Source: an uncultured Chloroflexia bacterium
Lineage (GTDB): Bacteria > Chloroflexota > Limnocylindria > Limnocylindrales > CSP1-4
Reading direction: 5' to 3'
Assembly: GCA_963744095.1 (NCBI GenBank)
Contig: CAVUSH010000003.1
Coordinates: 625,334 to 689,333, forward strand
Length of the DNA stretch: 64,000 bases
The position numbers were made by a program, and so were the translations under genes. A model generated the notes under the pieces. That model did not search any database. It had not been told where the DNA came from and was given only the letters and a program-made list of their open reading frames with translations. Position 1 is the first letter of the stretch. The number at the start of each line of letters is the position of its first letter. Shown in pieces: positions 40,321 to 49,126 of the stretch.

Positions 40321-42414
40321 ATGGTTCTCGCCGTCCCCACCGACGCGTCGGCTCGCCACCTTGCCGGCCGCCTGGGCCTCGTGGCCGACCGCGTCCAGCT
40401 CGCCGTGGACCGGCGGCGGATGGGCGACCCGGACCCGGACGACCAATTCCGCGGCCTTTACGTCTCCGACGCCCAGGTCGACCACCTGCTCGGCGGGGGG
40501 CACGGGCCGCTCCTGCTAGCGGACGCCGACGGCGCAGCGGCGGAGCGCCGCGCGGCGGTCGAGGCCAGGGCGGACGCCGCAGAGGCGGCCGGCGAGGAGG
40601 TGCGGCTGCGCCGGCTGGCGCGCAGCTTCGCCCTGGAATCCCTCGACGTGGAGCTCCTTCTCGTGGCCCTGGCGCCCGATCTCGACCCCCGGTTCGAGCG
40701 CCTCTATGGCTACCTCCACGACGATGTCTCGCGGCGACGGGCGAGCGTCGGTCTCGCCCTCGAGCTGTCCGGCGTAGGCGAGGGGTCCGGGACCGGTCGG
40801 GCCCGGCTCGGCCCGCTCGCTCCGCTGGTTGCGGGTGGGCTCCTCGTGGTGGAGGACGGCGACCGACCCTTCCTGACCCGCGCCCTGCGCGTTCCCGACC
40901 GCGTCGCGGCCCACCTGCTGGGTGACGCAGCGCCCGACCCCGCGGTGGAGGCCCTCGCCACGATCGCCGCAGCCCACGACGCGGCCGGGACCGACGCGCT
41001 CGAGGGCGGCCTGCGCGCTGGTGCCCGCCTCGCCTACGTGCGGGAGCGGATCGGCACCGCCGCGGTGACGCTCGCCGCGCGCGCGCTCGGACGCGTGGGG
41101 CCTCCGCCGGTGGTGGTGGACCTCGGACGGCTCGTCCCGGGCGATGATCCCCGCGAGGCCGCGGCCGCGGCGATCCGGGAGGCGCGGCTCCGCGGGACCG
41201 GCCTCGTGGCCGGACCCCTCGACGTCGTCGCGGAACGCGGGCCGGGGGCCGTCCGCGCCTGGGCGGAGGCGGCCTGCCCGGTCGTCCTCCACGGGTCGCG
41301 CGGCTGGGACCCCGGCTGGTCGCGGTCGGTGCCGTTCATCCTGGACCCGGACCTCCCGTCCGCCGCCGAGCGGCGGGCCGTCTGGCTGGCCTCGCTGGAC
41401 GGAGCCGCGTCGGCGGACCTGGGGGCAGCCGTGGCCGCGCTTCCCTTCCGCCTTGCCCCCGAGGCCGTCGCCCGTGCCGCCGAGGCCGGTCGCCTTGCCG
41501 CCGCGGCGGCGGGCCGCGACCTGGGCGTGAGGGACATCGCCGCGGGCGCCCGGGCCCAGAACGCGGCCGGCCTGGAGCGCCTGGCCCGGCGCCTCGAGCC
41601 GCGGGTCACCTGGACCGACCTGGTCCTTCCGTCCGGCGTCCTGGAGCAGCTTCGCGAGCTGACCGGCCGGGCCCGCCATCGCGACCTGGTCCTCGACGAA
41701 TGGGGCCTGGCCCGGACGTCGCTCAAGGGCCGCGGGGTCACGGCCCTCTTCGCCGGCGACTCCGGGACGGGCAAGACCATGTCAGCCGAGGTCATCGCGG
41801 GCTCTCTCGGGCTCGACCTGTACGTCATCGACCTCTCCACGATCGTCGACAAGTACATCGGCGAGACGGAGAAGAATCTCGACCGCGTCTTCACCGAGGC
41901 CGACCGGGTGAACGGCGTCCTCCTCTTCGACGAGGCTGACGCGATCTTCGGCAAGCGCTCGGAGGTCAAGGACGCCCGGGATCGCTACGCCAACGTGGAG
42001 GTCGCCTACCTCCTCCAGCGGATGGAGCAGTTCGACGGGATGGCGATCCTCACGACGAACCTGCGGGCAAACGTCGACGAGGCGTTCCTTCGCCGGCTCG
42101 ACGCCATTGTCGACTTCCCCCTTCCGGAGATCGACGACCGACGCCGCCTCTGGGAGCGCAACCTCGCGGCCGGCGCCCCGAAGGCGGATGACATCGACGT
42201 GGACTTCCTGGCCCGCCGCTTCGCGCTCTCGGGGGGCAACATCCGCAACGTCGCCGTCGGAGCGGCATTCCTCGCCGCCGAGGCGGGGCGGTCGCTGAAC
42301 ATGGAGCATCTCGTCCGGGAGACCGCCCGCGAGTACCGCAAGCTGGGGCGCCTGTGCGTCGAGGCCGAGTTCGGGCCGTACTTCCCGCTGGTTGCGAACG
42401 TGGCCGGAGGCTGA
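40321..42414 (+). CDS. CIS AAA+ ATPase (Afp15/Pvc15-like)
   Basis: LYGYLHDD N-domain, GDSGTGKT, KYIGETEKNL, FDEAD, DRYAN.E..YLLQR.E. Confidence 0.93.
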   Translation: MVLAVPTDASARHLAGRLGLVADRVQLAVDRRRMGDPDPDDQFRGLYVSDAQVDHLLGGGHGPLLLADADGAAAERRAAVEARADAAEAAGEEVRLRRLARSFALESLDVELLLVALAPDLDPRFERLYGYLHDDVSRRRASVGLALELSGVGEGSGTGRARLGPLAPLVAGGLLVVEDGDRPFLTRALRVPDRVAAHLLGDAAPDPAVEALATIAAAHDAAGTDALEGGLRAGARLAYVRERIGTAAVTLAARALGRVGPPPVVVDLGRLVPGDDPREAAAAAIREARLRGTGLVAGPLDVVAERGPGAVRAWAEAACPVVLHGSRGWDPGWSRSVPFILDPDLPSAAERRAVWLASLDGAASADLGAAVAALPFRLAPEAVARAAEAGRLAAAAAGRDLGVRDIAAGARAQNAAGLERLARRLEPRVTWTDLVLPSGVLEQLRELTGRARHRDLVLDEWGLARTSLKGRGVTALFAGDSGTGKTMSAEVIAGSLGLDLYVIDLSTIVDKYIGETEKNLDRVFTEADRVNGVLLFDEADAIFGKRSEVKDARDRYANVEVAYLLQRMEQFDGMAILTTNLRANVDEAFLRRLDAIVDFPLPEIDDRRRLWERNLAAGAPKADDIDVDFLARRFALSGGNIRNVAVGAAFLAAEAGRSLNMEHLVRETAREYRKLGRLCVEAEFGPYFPLVANVAGG

Positions 42415-42415
42415 G

Positions 42416-44917
42416 GTGCCGCGTCGCTATCTCCCCCGCCGCCGGCTCGACGAGAGCTTCGAGTCTGAGCTCACGCCGACCGGGACCAGCGCACCCGTCC
42501 TGACCGACGAGCGGGCCAGCGCTCGACTCACCGAGCTGCTCATCACCAGGGGTCCGGAGAGCCGGAACGGCAAGGGCACGGCGGTTCCACCGACCTCTGT
42601 GGCCCGGCTCCAGCGCCTGGCCGGGAACCGGGCGGTCGCCGATCGACTCGGGGGAAACGGCGGGACGGTGCAGCGGTCCCGAAACCGGGCCTCCGACGAA
42701 GAGGAGTCCATCCCGGAGCCCGCCCAGGCGGGGCCGGTCGAGGCGGCTCCCGGGGCCGAGGCCGAGGCCGCGCCGCCCGCCCAGGCGGGGCCGGTCGAGG
42801 CGGCTCCCGAGGCCGGGGCCGGGGTCGCGCCGCCCGCCCAGGCGGGGCCGGTCGAGGCGGCTCCCGAGGCCGGGGCCGGGGTCGCGCCGCCCGCCCAGGC
42901 GGGGCCGGTCGAGGCGGCTCCCGAGGCCGGGGCCGGGGTCGCGCCGCCCGCCCAGGCGGGGCCGGTCGAGGCGGCTCCCGAGGCCGGGGCCGGGGTCGCG
43001 CCGCCCGCCCAGGCGGGGCCGGTCGAGGCGGCTCCCGAGGCCGGGGCCGGGGTCGCGCCGCCCGCCCAGGCGGGGCCGGTCGAGGCGGCTCCCGAGGCCG
43101 GGGCCGGGGCCGCGCCGCCCGCCCAGGCGGGCCAGCTGCCCGAAGCCGCCGCGGCACCGAATGCCGATGAGGCGGCCAAGGCGGGGATCGTCGAATCGGC
43201 CGGGAAGGCGGCCGGCGCCAAGGACGAACCCACCGGCCTCGACAAGCTGGTTCAGGAACGCGTCGCCCCGATCGGCGGTGAGGGCGGCCGGGTACTGCCC
43301 GAGGCGGAGGTCGCCGGTGAGGGCGGCCGGGTCCTGCCCGACGCGGAGATCGCCGGCGAGAAAGGCCGGGTCCTGCCCGACGCGGAGATCGAGGCCAGGC
43401 CCGGCCCCGCCGGGCCCGAGGGAGGCCGGGTCTTGCCCGGGGCGGAGGTCGCCGGCGAGGGAGGCCGGGTCCTGCCCGACGCGGAGATCGAGGCCAAGCC
43501 CGGCCCCACCGGGCCCGAGGGCGGATCGAACGTGCCGGTGGAGGCACCGGCTCCGGCCGGCGCGGGCGGTCCCGGCAGCGCAGCCCCTGCGACCGACGTC
43601 CCCGCCACCCCGGCGCCGGAACCGGGCGGCCCGGAGTCGGCCGGCCCGGAGTCGTCGGAGCCATCCGGAGTAGCGCCCGCGCCGGTCGTGGAGCCAGCCG
43701 AGGAAGAGCCGCTGCCGGCCGGCGACCAAGTGCAGATCGCCACCATGAATGTCGCCGGAGCCAACGCCGTCGTCACCGCCGCCAAGGCGACGACAGGGGC
43801 GCAGAAGCTGTCCGCGGTCGCGGTCTCGTTGGCCGCGGCGGGGTTCGCGAACGCGCTGCGGCTGACGTTGAGTCGGGCCATCCCGTGGCGCACCAAGATC
43901 CTCGGCATTGCCCCGAAGGTGGTCGGCAGGGCAACGCGGATGCTGACGGGCCTCCGCACGAATGCGAGCAAGGCGATCCAGGGCATCGTGCTCAAGGTGA
44001 AGTCGGTTGCCGATGCGGCCAAGGGCGTCATCGCCTGGGCGCGCCAGGCCGTCGGGCTCGCCCGCGCCGCCGCGCGGGGGATCGGCAGCAAGCTCCGCTC
44101 GGCCCTGGGCGGGGCAGGCGAAGCGGTCTTGAAGCTCCTCTCGGGACTCCTCGATCCTGCCCGCAAGGCGCTCGGGGGGCTCCTCAAGGCCGGATCCGAG
44201 ATCCTGCTCGACGGGATCAGGCGGGTCCGGGCCAACGCGGCCAGCGCCGTCGCCTTCGTGGCGGAAGAGGTGGGCACGCGACTCGCGGCCGCCCTCGCCA
44301 TGGTGGTGGACCTCGTCCGCGCGGTCGTGAAGGCCGCGCTGGAGCAGGCGCGCCGGGCAATGGCCGTGATCATCGAGAAGGTCGGGGCGATCCGCGCCCA
44401 GCTCCTGGCCGTGACGATCCTCGCCCGGTCGATGCTCGCTGCCGCCCGGTCGCAGGCCCTCCAGGGGACGACCGCGGCCCTGGCGGCCATCGCAGTTGCG
44501 ATCGCCAACGGGTATGCCCAGCTCCGGTCCGGTGGCGGACGGAGGGCCTTCCGCCGGTTCGCCAAGATGTGGCGCGGCTTCATCCGGACGATACGGTCGC
44601 GCACCAAGAGCCGGCTGGCGTCGGGGCTGGCTTCCGTGAAGCTCTACGACCGAGCCGGAACGGCGGCGGTCGGGGCCGCGCGGGCCGAGGCCCGGGCCAA
44701 CTACGGGGCGACGCGGGCGTCGCTCACGAACCTGGAGACGACCGCGGCGATCGAGGCAGCCGAGCTCGGTCTGTCGGTCGGCGTTGCCGCCGCGGTGGCA
44801 GCGGGCGCCATCGACGCCGCGGTGACGGAGGGAGAGACGCTCATTCGCGAGATCGCCGGCGAGGGCGATGGCGATGCCCGCGAGCTCCAGGGGCTCATCA
44901 ACCGGGTCGGCAAGTGA
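42416..44917 (+). CDS. Candidate CIS cargo / tape-measure-related protein
   Basis: LQRLAGNRAV...VQR motif, two repeat arrays, long Ala-rich amphipathic helical C-terminal half. Confidence 0.65.
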   Translation: MPRRYLPRRRLDESFESELTPTGTSAPVLTDERASARLTELLITRGPESRNGKGTAVPPTSVARLQRLAGNRAVADRLGGNGGTVQRSRNRASDEEESIPEPAQAGPVEAAPGAEAEAAPPAQAGPVEAAPEAGAGVAPPAQAGPVEAAPEAGAGVAPPAQAGPVEAAPEAGAGVAPPAQAGPVEAAPEAGAGVAPPAQAGPVEAAPEAGAGVAPPAQAGPVEAAPEAGAGAAPPAQAGQLPEAAAAPNADEAAKAGIVESAGKAAGAKDEPTGLDKLVQERVAPIGGEGGRVLPEAEVAGEGGRVLPDAEIAGEKGRVLPDAEIEARPGPAGPEGGRVLPGAEVAGEGGRVLPDAEIEAKPGPTGPEGGSNVPVEAPAPAGAGGPGSAAPATDVPATPAPEPGGPESAGPESSEPSGVAPAPVVEPAEEEPLPAGDQVQIATMNVAGANAVVTAAKATTGAQKLSAVAVSLAAAGFANALRLTLSRAIPWRTKILGIAPKVVGRATRMLTGLRTNASKAIQGIVLKVKSVADAAKGVIAWARQAVGLARAAARGIGSKLRSALGGAGEAVLKLLSGLLDPARKALGGLLKAGSEILLDGIRRVRANAASAVAFVAEEVGTRLAAALAMVVDLVRAVVKAALEQARRAMAVIIEKVGAIRAQLLAVTILARSMLAAARSQALQGTTAALAAIAVAIANGYAQLRSGGGRRAFRRFAKMWRGFIRTIRSRTKSRLASGLASVKLYDRAGTAAVGAARAEARANYGATRASLTNLETTAAIEAAELGLSVGVAAAVAAGAIDAAVTEGETLIREIAGEGDGDARELQGLINRVGK
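42719..43132 (+). repeat. 57-bp tandem repeat (PAQAGPVEAAPEAGAGVAP), 7 copies plus a partial
   Basis: Five identical central units and two variants. Confidence 0.92.
43277..43523 (+). repeat. 39-bp-based repeat (GEGGRVLPxAExA), 5 copies with inserts
   Basis: Visible in both DNA and translation. Confidence 0.8.
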
Positions 44918-44933
44918 CGAGGTGGAACGAGCG

Positions 44934-45998
44934 ATGAACGAGGAACCCGGCTGGCTGCGGAGCGAGGCCGCGGCGCGGTCCAGGGAGACCGAGCTCGACG
45001 GCGGCACGAAGAAGCCGGCGGGCAGGGGCGCAGGCCGCGAGCAGGATCGCGGCCTGGCGGCGGAGGCGTCGCGCGCGCTCGCTGCCGGTCAACCAGAGAA
45101 GCTGCGGCCCGGCGCGGTGATGCACCTCCAGAGAGCCGCCGGGAACGCAGGCGTCGCGCGCTTCCTGGGCGAGGAGCGCGAGCCCGAATCTCCGGTCAAG
45201 GGGATCGTGGGCCGTGGCGCCGGCGCCCCCCTCGACGACGCGTCTCGCGCGCGCATGGAAGCCAGCTTCGGCACCGACTTCTCGGATGTTCGTGTCCATA
45301 CCGGCAGCTCCGCGGCCGAGTCGGCCCGGGCGGTGGACGCCCACGCCTACACCGTCGGGAACGAGGTCGTCCTGGGCGACGGGCAGGCGCCGGGTTCGCC
45401 GGCATACGAGCGGACGCTGGCCCACGAGCTGATGCACGTCGTCCAGCAACGGTCGGGTCCGGTGGACGGAACGCCCGCCGGAGGCGGCATCAGCGTCTCC
45501 GATCCCGCGGACCGCTTCGAGCGGGCGGCGGAGGCCACGGCGGACGACGTCGTGAGCACCGGGCGCGCGCCCGAGGCCTCCACGGGGAACGTCTCCAGCA
45601 CATCCGTGCAGCGCGAACGACCGTTGGAGGAGGAGGAGCGCGACCCGACCGAGGCGGACACCCTGCCGTCGATGGCGGAGACGGCGACGGCCGAGACGGC
45701 CCAGGCGGGGGCGAAGACACCGGCGACGGCCGAGACGGCCCAGGCCGGTGCCGCCGAGGGCGCCGTGGTCGAGGGGCAGCCGAACCGCGAGCCGACCTCG
45801 GCCCCCGAGGCCGAGTCCACGGCCGGGACCGCCCAGGCCGGCCCGATCGAGGCTGCGCCAGGCGAGGAGGAGCAGGAAGAGGTCCAGGAGCTTGCGATCC
45901 AGCGCCAGGAGGCGCCCGAAGAGGACGAAGAGGTCCAGGAGCTCGCGATCCAGCGTCTCCAGCGCGGTGACGACCTGAGCGGCGCGCGCATTGCCTAG
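44934..45998 (+). CDS. DUF4157 (eCIS core domain) protein
   Basis: LQRAAGNAGV, G.PLD...R..ME..FG.DFSDVRVH, A.AYTVG, LAHELMHVVQQ, D.FE..A, acidic tail with QR repeats. Confidence 0.9.
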   Translation: MNEEPGWLRSEAAARSRETELDGGTKKPAGRGAGREQDRGLAAEASRALAAGQPEKLRPGAVMHLQRAAGNAGVARFLGEEREPESPVKGIVGRGAGAPLDDASRARMEASFGTDFSDVRVHTGSSAAESARAVDAHAYTVGNEVVLGDGQAPGSPAYERTLAHELMHVVQQRSGPVDGTPAGGGISVSDPADRFERAAEATADDVVSTGRAPEASTGNVSSTSVQRERPLEEEERDPTEADTLPSMAETATAETAQAGAKTPATAETAQAGAAEGAVVEGQPNREPTSAPEAESTAGTAQAGPIEAAPGEEEQEEVQELAIQRQEAPEEDEEVQELAIQRLQRGDDLSGARIA

Positions 45999-46037
45999 GA
46001 CGTTCCGAGGTCATCCTCGTACGAGGCTCGACTGCCC

Positions 46038-46958
46038 ATGAGCCTGGTTCACGACCGTGACGTCGACGCCGCCCTGCCGGGCCACGGCCCAGCCGTCGAC
46101 CGCGGTCCGGGGCCGCTCCGCCCGATCGACCCTGGTCCCGCGGGACCCGGCAGCGCGCCGGTCGCAGGCGCGATCGACGGGGTTCCTGCCGCCTGGACGG
46201 CGGCGCTCGCGGGCGGGCGTCGGGGCGGTCATCCGGTCGTCCGGGGCTCCGTGACCCGGCTCCAGGCGGCGGCCGGCAACTCGGCCGTTGCCGACCTGCT
46301 GACCTCGACGGCGGGCGACTCCCGCGCGACGCGGCGCGCGGGTCCGACGCTCCGTCACGCGGGCGAGGCCGACCTGCTCGGGACCGATCCGGGCGCCGCC
46401 TCGCTCGGAACCGGCGAGGCAGCCCCGCTCGACGAGCCCGGGCAGAGTCCCGCCACCCCCGCTCCAACCACGTCCTTCACGAAGGTCGGCCCGCCAACCA
46501 AGTCCGGCTACACGGTCTCGGGGACCCTCCGCAAGGCGGCCGAGGCGGTGGCGGCGCGCCCGGAGGCCGGGGCCACCATCACGACCCCGGATCTCGTCTC
46601 AGCCGGCAATGGCACGCGCATGACCCAGGCCCAGGTGACCGTGACCCAGGTCGTCGAGCTCCCCGACTGGGACGGCAAGGCCTCGGCGACGCAGAACCAG
46701 CGGACGGAATGGGACCGCTTCAAGGCCGCCATCACGGCCCACGAGGACGGCCACGTCGCGACGGACGTCACGGCGTTCGCCGGTGCCCATACGAAGATCC
46801 TGGCCAAGAAGACGACCGCCGAGTCGAACACGGAGTACGACACGATCGTGACCGGGGCCGACACGGCCAACGCGACCTTCGACACGAAGACCGACCACGG
46901 CCGCAATGCCGGCACGACCATCAACCCGAACATCGACGAGGTGACGAAGGTCCCCTGA
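46038..46958 (+). CDS. Candidate CIS effector with DUF922-like zinc-protease domain
   Basis: LQAAAGNSAV N-terminal motif, LPDW...WDRF......HEDGH (HExxH), D..T.HG. Confidence 0.7.
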   Translation: MSLVHDRDVDAALPGHGPAVDRGPGPLRPIDPGPAGPGSAPVAGAIDGVPAAWTAALAGGRRGGHPVVRGSVTRLQAAAGNSAVADLLTSTAGDSRATRRAGPTLRHAGEADLLGTDPGAASLGTGEAAPLDEPGQSPATPAPTTSFTKVGPPTKSGYTVSGTLRKAAEAVAARPEAGATITTPDLVSAGNGTRMTQAQVTVTQVVELPDWDGKASATQNQRTEWDRFKAAITAHEDGHVATDVTAFAGAHTKILAKKTTAESNTEYDTIVTGADTANATFDTKTDHGRNAGTTINPNIDEVTKVP

Positions 46959-47003
46959 GATCGGGCCGCGGCAGGCGGCGGGGCGGCCACCGCGGCTGGA
47001 CCG

Positions 47004-47669
47004 CTAGATCAGCCCCTGGCGGATCGCGTAGGCCACCGCGTGCGTCCGGTTGCGGAGGTCGAGGCGCGACGTGATGTCATGGATCACGTTCTTCACGGTC
47101 CGTTCCGAGAAGAAGAGGCTGTGCCCGACCTCGGCGGTGTCGAGCCCGTCGGCGAGAAGCCGCAGGACCGCCACCTCGCGCTCCGTGAGGCCTGCAAAGG
47201 TGAGGCCGCGGGGGTGCAGCACCTGCCGCTGCAGGCGACCGACCTGGGAGAGGAGCCGGCCAAGGAGGTCCGGCGGGAGCGTCCCCTCGCCGACAGCGGC
47301 AGCCCCGATCGCCGACGCGAGCTGGGCGGGCGTCGCCTGGCTGCGGCGGACGACCCCGCTCACGCCGGCCTCGACGGCCGCGAGAAGCCCGGCATCGTCC
47401 ACCTTCGCCACGAGGAGCACCACGTGCTCCTGGCCCGTGGCGCGGATCGTCCGGATCTCCCGCGTCGTGGCCTCGTCGACCTCGTCCGCCACGACCACGA
47501 CGACGCCGGCCGCTCCCGGCGCGACGGCGTCCACGACCTCCATCGTGGGCTGGTCGTGGAGCTGGGCGGCGAGCCCCGCCCGGGAGAGCGGATCGGTCGT
47601 CGCGATCGCGACCGCGAGACGTTCGAGCGGGAGGCTGCGCAGGGCGTGGACGGCGACGGACGACGTCAT
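47004..47669 (-). CDS. LuxR/NarL-family regulator with atypical receiver domain
   Basis: GLTERE..VLRLLADG, SERTVKN, LRNRTHAVAYA. The receiver lacks the canonical DD pair. Confidence 0.9.
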   Translation of the reverse strand: MTSSVAVHALRSLPLERLAVAIATTDPLSRAGLAAQLHDQPTMEVVDAVAPGAAGVVVVVADEVDEATTREIRTIRATGQEHVVLLVAKVDDAGLLAAVEAGVSGVVRRSQATPAQLASAIGAAAVGEGTLPPDLLGRLLSQVGRLQRQVLHPRGLTFAGLTEREVAVLRLLADGLDTAEVGHSLFFSERTVKNVIHDITSRLDLRNRTHAVAYAIRQGLI

Positions 47670-47734
47670 CGGCTGGTCCCCCATGTGCAGGACCGGTCTC
47701 CTGCCGGCCACGCGACGGCAGCATGCGAGGGGGG

Positions 47735-47764
47735 ACCTAACGGGCACCTAACGCCCACCTAACG
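47735..47764 (-). promoter_or_regulatory. Three direct ACCTAACG repeats in 11-bp phase (SARP/BTAD-type site) upstream of luxR
   Basis: Copies start at 47735, 47746 and 47757. Minus-strand CATGCT -10-like hexamer at 47720-47725. Confidence 0.7.
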
Positions 47765-47766
47765 GG

Positions 47767-47780
47767 CGCCCGATCGGGCA
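47767..47780. promoter_or_regulatory. 14-bp palindromic box cgcccgatcgggca
   Basis: Matches the boxes at 39463-39520. Confidence 0.55.
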
Positions 47781-47837
47781 GGCCGCCTGCGCGAATCTCG
47801 CTGGCGCCGGGCGTGAGCGGCTCGTACACTCGCCGCC

Positions 47838-49121
47838 ATGGGAGCCCTCGTCACGCTGTCCGAGAAGTCCATCGAGGTACTGCCGGGCGCCGTCGCCACG
47901 TGCACGGTGACCGTCAAGAACACCGGCACCGTCGTCGACCAGTTCACCATCGACATCCTCGGCGATCCGGCCCCCTGGGCCGCCGCCGAGCCGCCGACGC
48001 TGTCGCTCTTCCCCGGCGCCGAGGAGTCCACCGCGATCTTCTTCCGGCCGCCCCGGGCAGCCGACACGCCGACCGGCGAGCTGCCGTTCGGTGTTCGCGC
48101 CAGGTCGCGCGAGGACCCGGCCGGGTCCGCGGTCGAGGAGGGCGTCCTCCTCGTGGGCGCCTACCAGGACACGTTCGCCGAGCTGGTCCCGCGCACCTCG
48201 CGCGGCAGCCGGGGGGCAACCCACGAGCTTGCCGTCGACAACCGGGGCAACAGCCGGCTCAACGCCACCGTCACCGCCGGCGACCAGGACCAGCTGCTCG
48301 GGTTCGACGTGACACCCCCGGGCCTCGTGGTGGATCCCGGGACGGCCGGCTTTGCGAAGGTCCGGGTCAAGCCCCGCAAGCGCTTCTGGCGCGGCCAGCC
48401 GAAGACCCGGCCGTTCAAGGTCGCCGTCCAGGGCGAGGGCGGCCCGCCCATCCTCCTCGACGGATCGATCCTCCAGGAAGCCCTGCTGCCGCGCTGGCTC
48501 ATCCCGGCGCTGCTCGCCGCGCTCGCCGCGCTGATCGCCCTGATCGTCATCTGGCTGATGTTCCTCCAACCCGCCATCAAGAGCGCCGCAACCCAGGCTC
48601 TCGAGGATGCCGGGATCACCCCGCTCCCCACGCAGGCCGGCGGTGGCGGCGGAGCGGGAGGCGGTGGCGGGACCGCCACGCCGACGCCTGCCCTGACGAC
48701 CGCACCGGCGACCCCGACCGCGACGCCGGGCCCCACGCCTCCTCCGGGCGAGACGCCCACACCCGCTCCCACGCCCACACCGGCTCCCACGCCGACCCCG
48801 CCGCCGGTCGGCGAGGGGGTTCCTGCCGACGGCCGGCTGGCGGTCGACGGCACCTACCCGAACAGCACCACGTTCGCCAAGGTCTTCTACCTGACCGACC
48901 TCGTCTTCGCGAACCCGAGCGGGAAGGCCGGGACCCTGAAGCTGAAACGGGGGCCGCTCGACCTGATCACGCTGCGCCTCGAGAACTTCCGGGACCTCGA
49001 CTTCCACTACGTCACCCCGATCGTCGTCCAGCCCGGCGAGAAGCTGGCCCTGGTCGTGAGCTGCACCGGCGGCGGCGCATGCGACCCGTCGGTCTACTAC
49101 TCCGGGTTCACGAAGCCCTGA
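47838..49121 (+). CDS. CIS-associated bitopic membrane protein (N-terminal Ig-like domains, TM, Pro/Thr linker, external domain)
   Basis: V.NTG.VVDQF, L.L.PG, ELVP..S, V.N.GN N-region as in so-called hydrolytic proteins of Streptomyces CIS loci. One TM. Confidence 0.7.
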   Translation: MGALVTLSEKSIEVLPGAVATCTVTVKNTGTVVDQFTIDILGDPAPWAAAEPPTLSLFPGAEESTAIFFRPPRAADTPTGELPFGVRARSREDPAGSAVEEGVLLVGAYQDTFAELVPRTSRGSRGATHELAVDNRGNSRLNATVTAGDQDQLLGFDVTPPGLVVDPGTAGFAKVRVKPRKRFWRGQPKTRPFKVAVQGEGGPPILLDGSILQEALLPRWLIPALLAALAALIALIVIWLMFLQPAIKSAATQALEDAGITPLPTQAGGGGGAGGGGGTATPTPALTTAPATPTATPGPTPPPGETPTPAPTPTPAPTPTPPPVGEGVPADGRLAVDGTYPNSTTFAKVFYLTDLVFANPSGKAGTLKLKRGPLDLITLRLENFRDLDFHYVTPIVVQPGEKLALVVSCTGGGACDPSVYYSGFTKP

Positions 49122-49126
49122 CGCCC

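Noticed and set aside
26268-42414. Prophage or tailocin
   Set aside because: No capsid, portal, terminase, integrase, tail fibre or lysis genes. Cap, AAA ATPase and DUF4157 indicate a CIS.
42719-43132. CRISPR array
   Set aside because: Head-to-tail in-frame coding repeats with no unique spacers and no cas genes.
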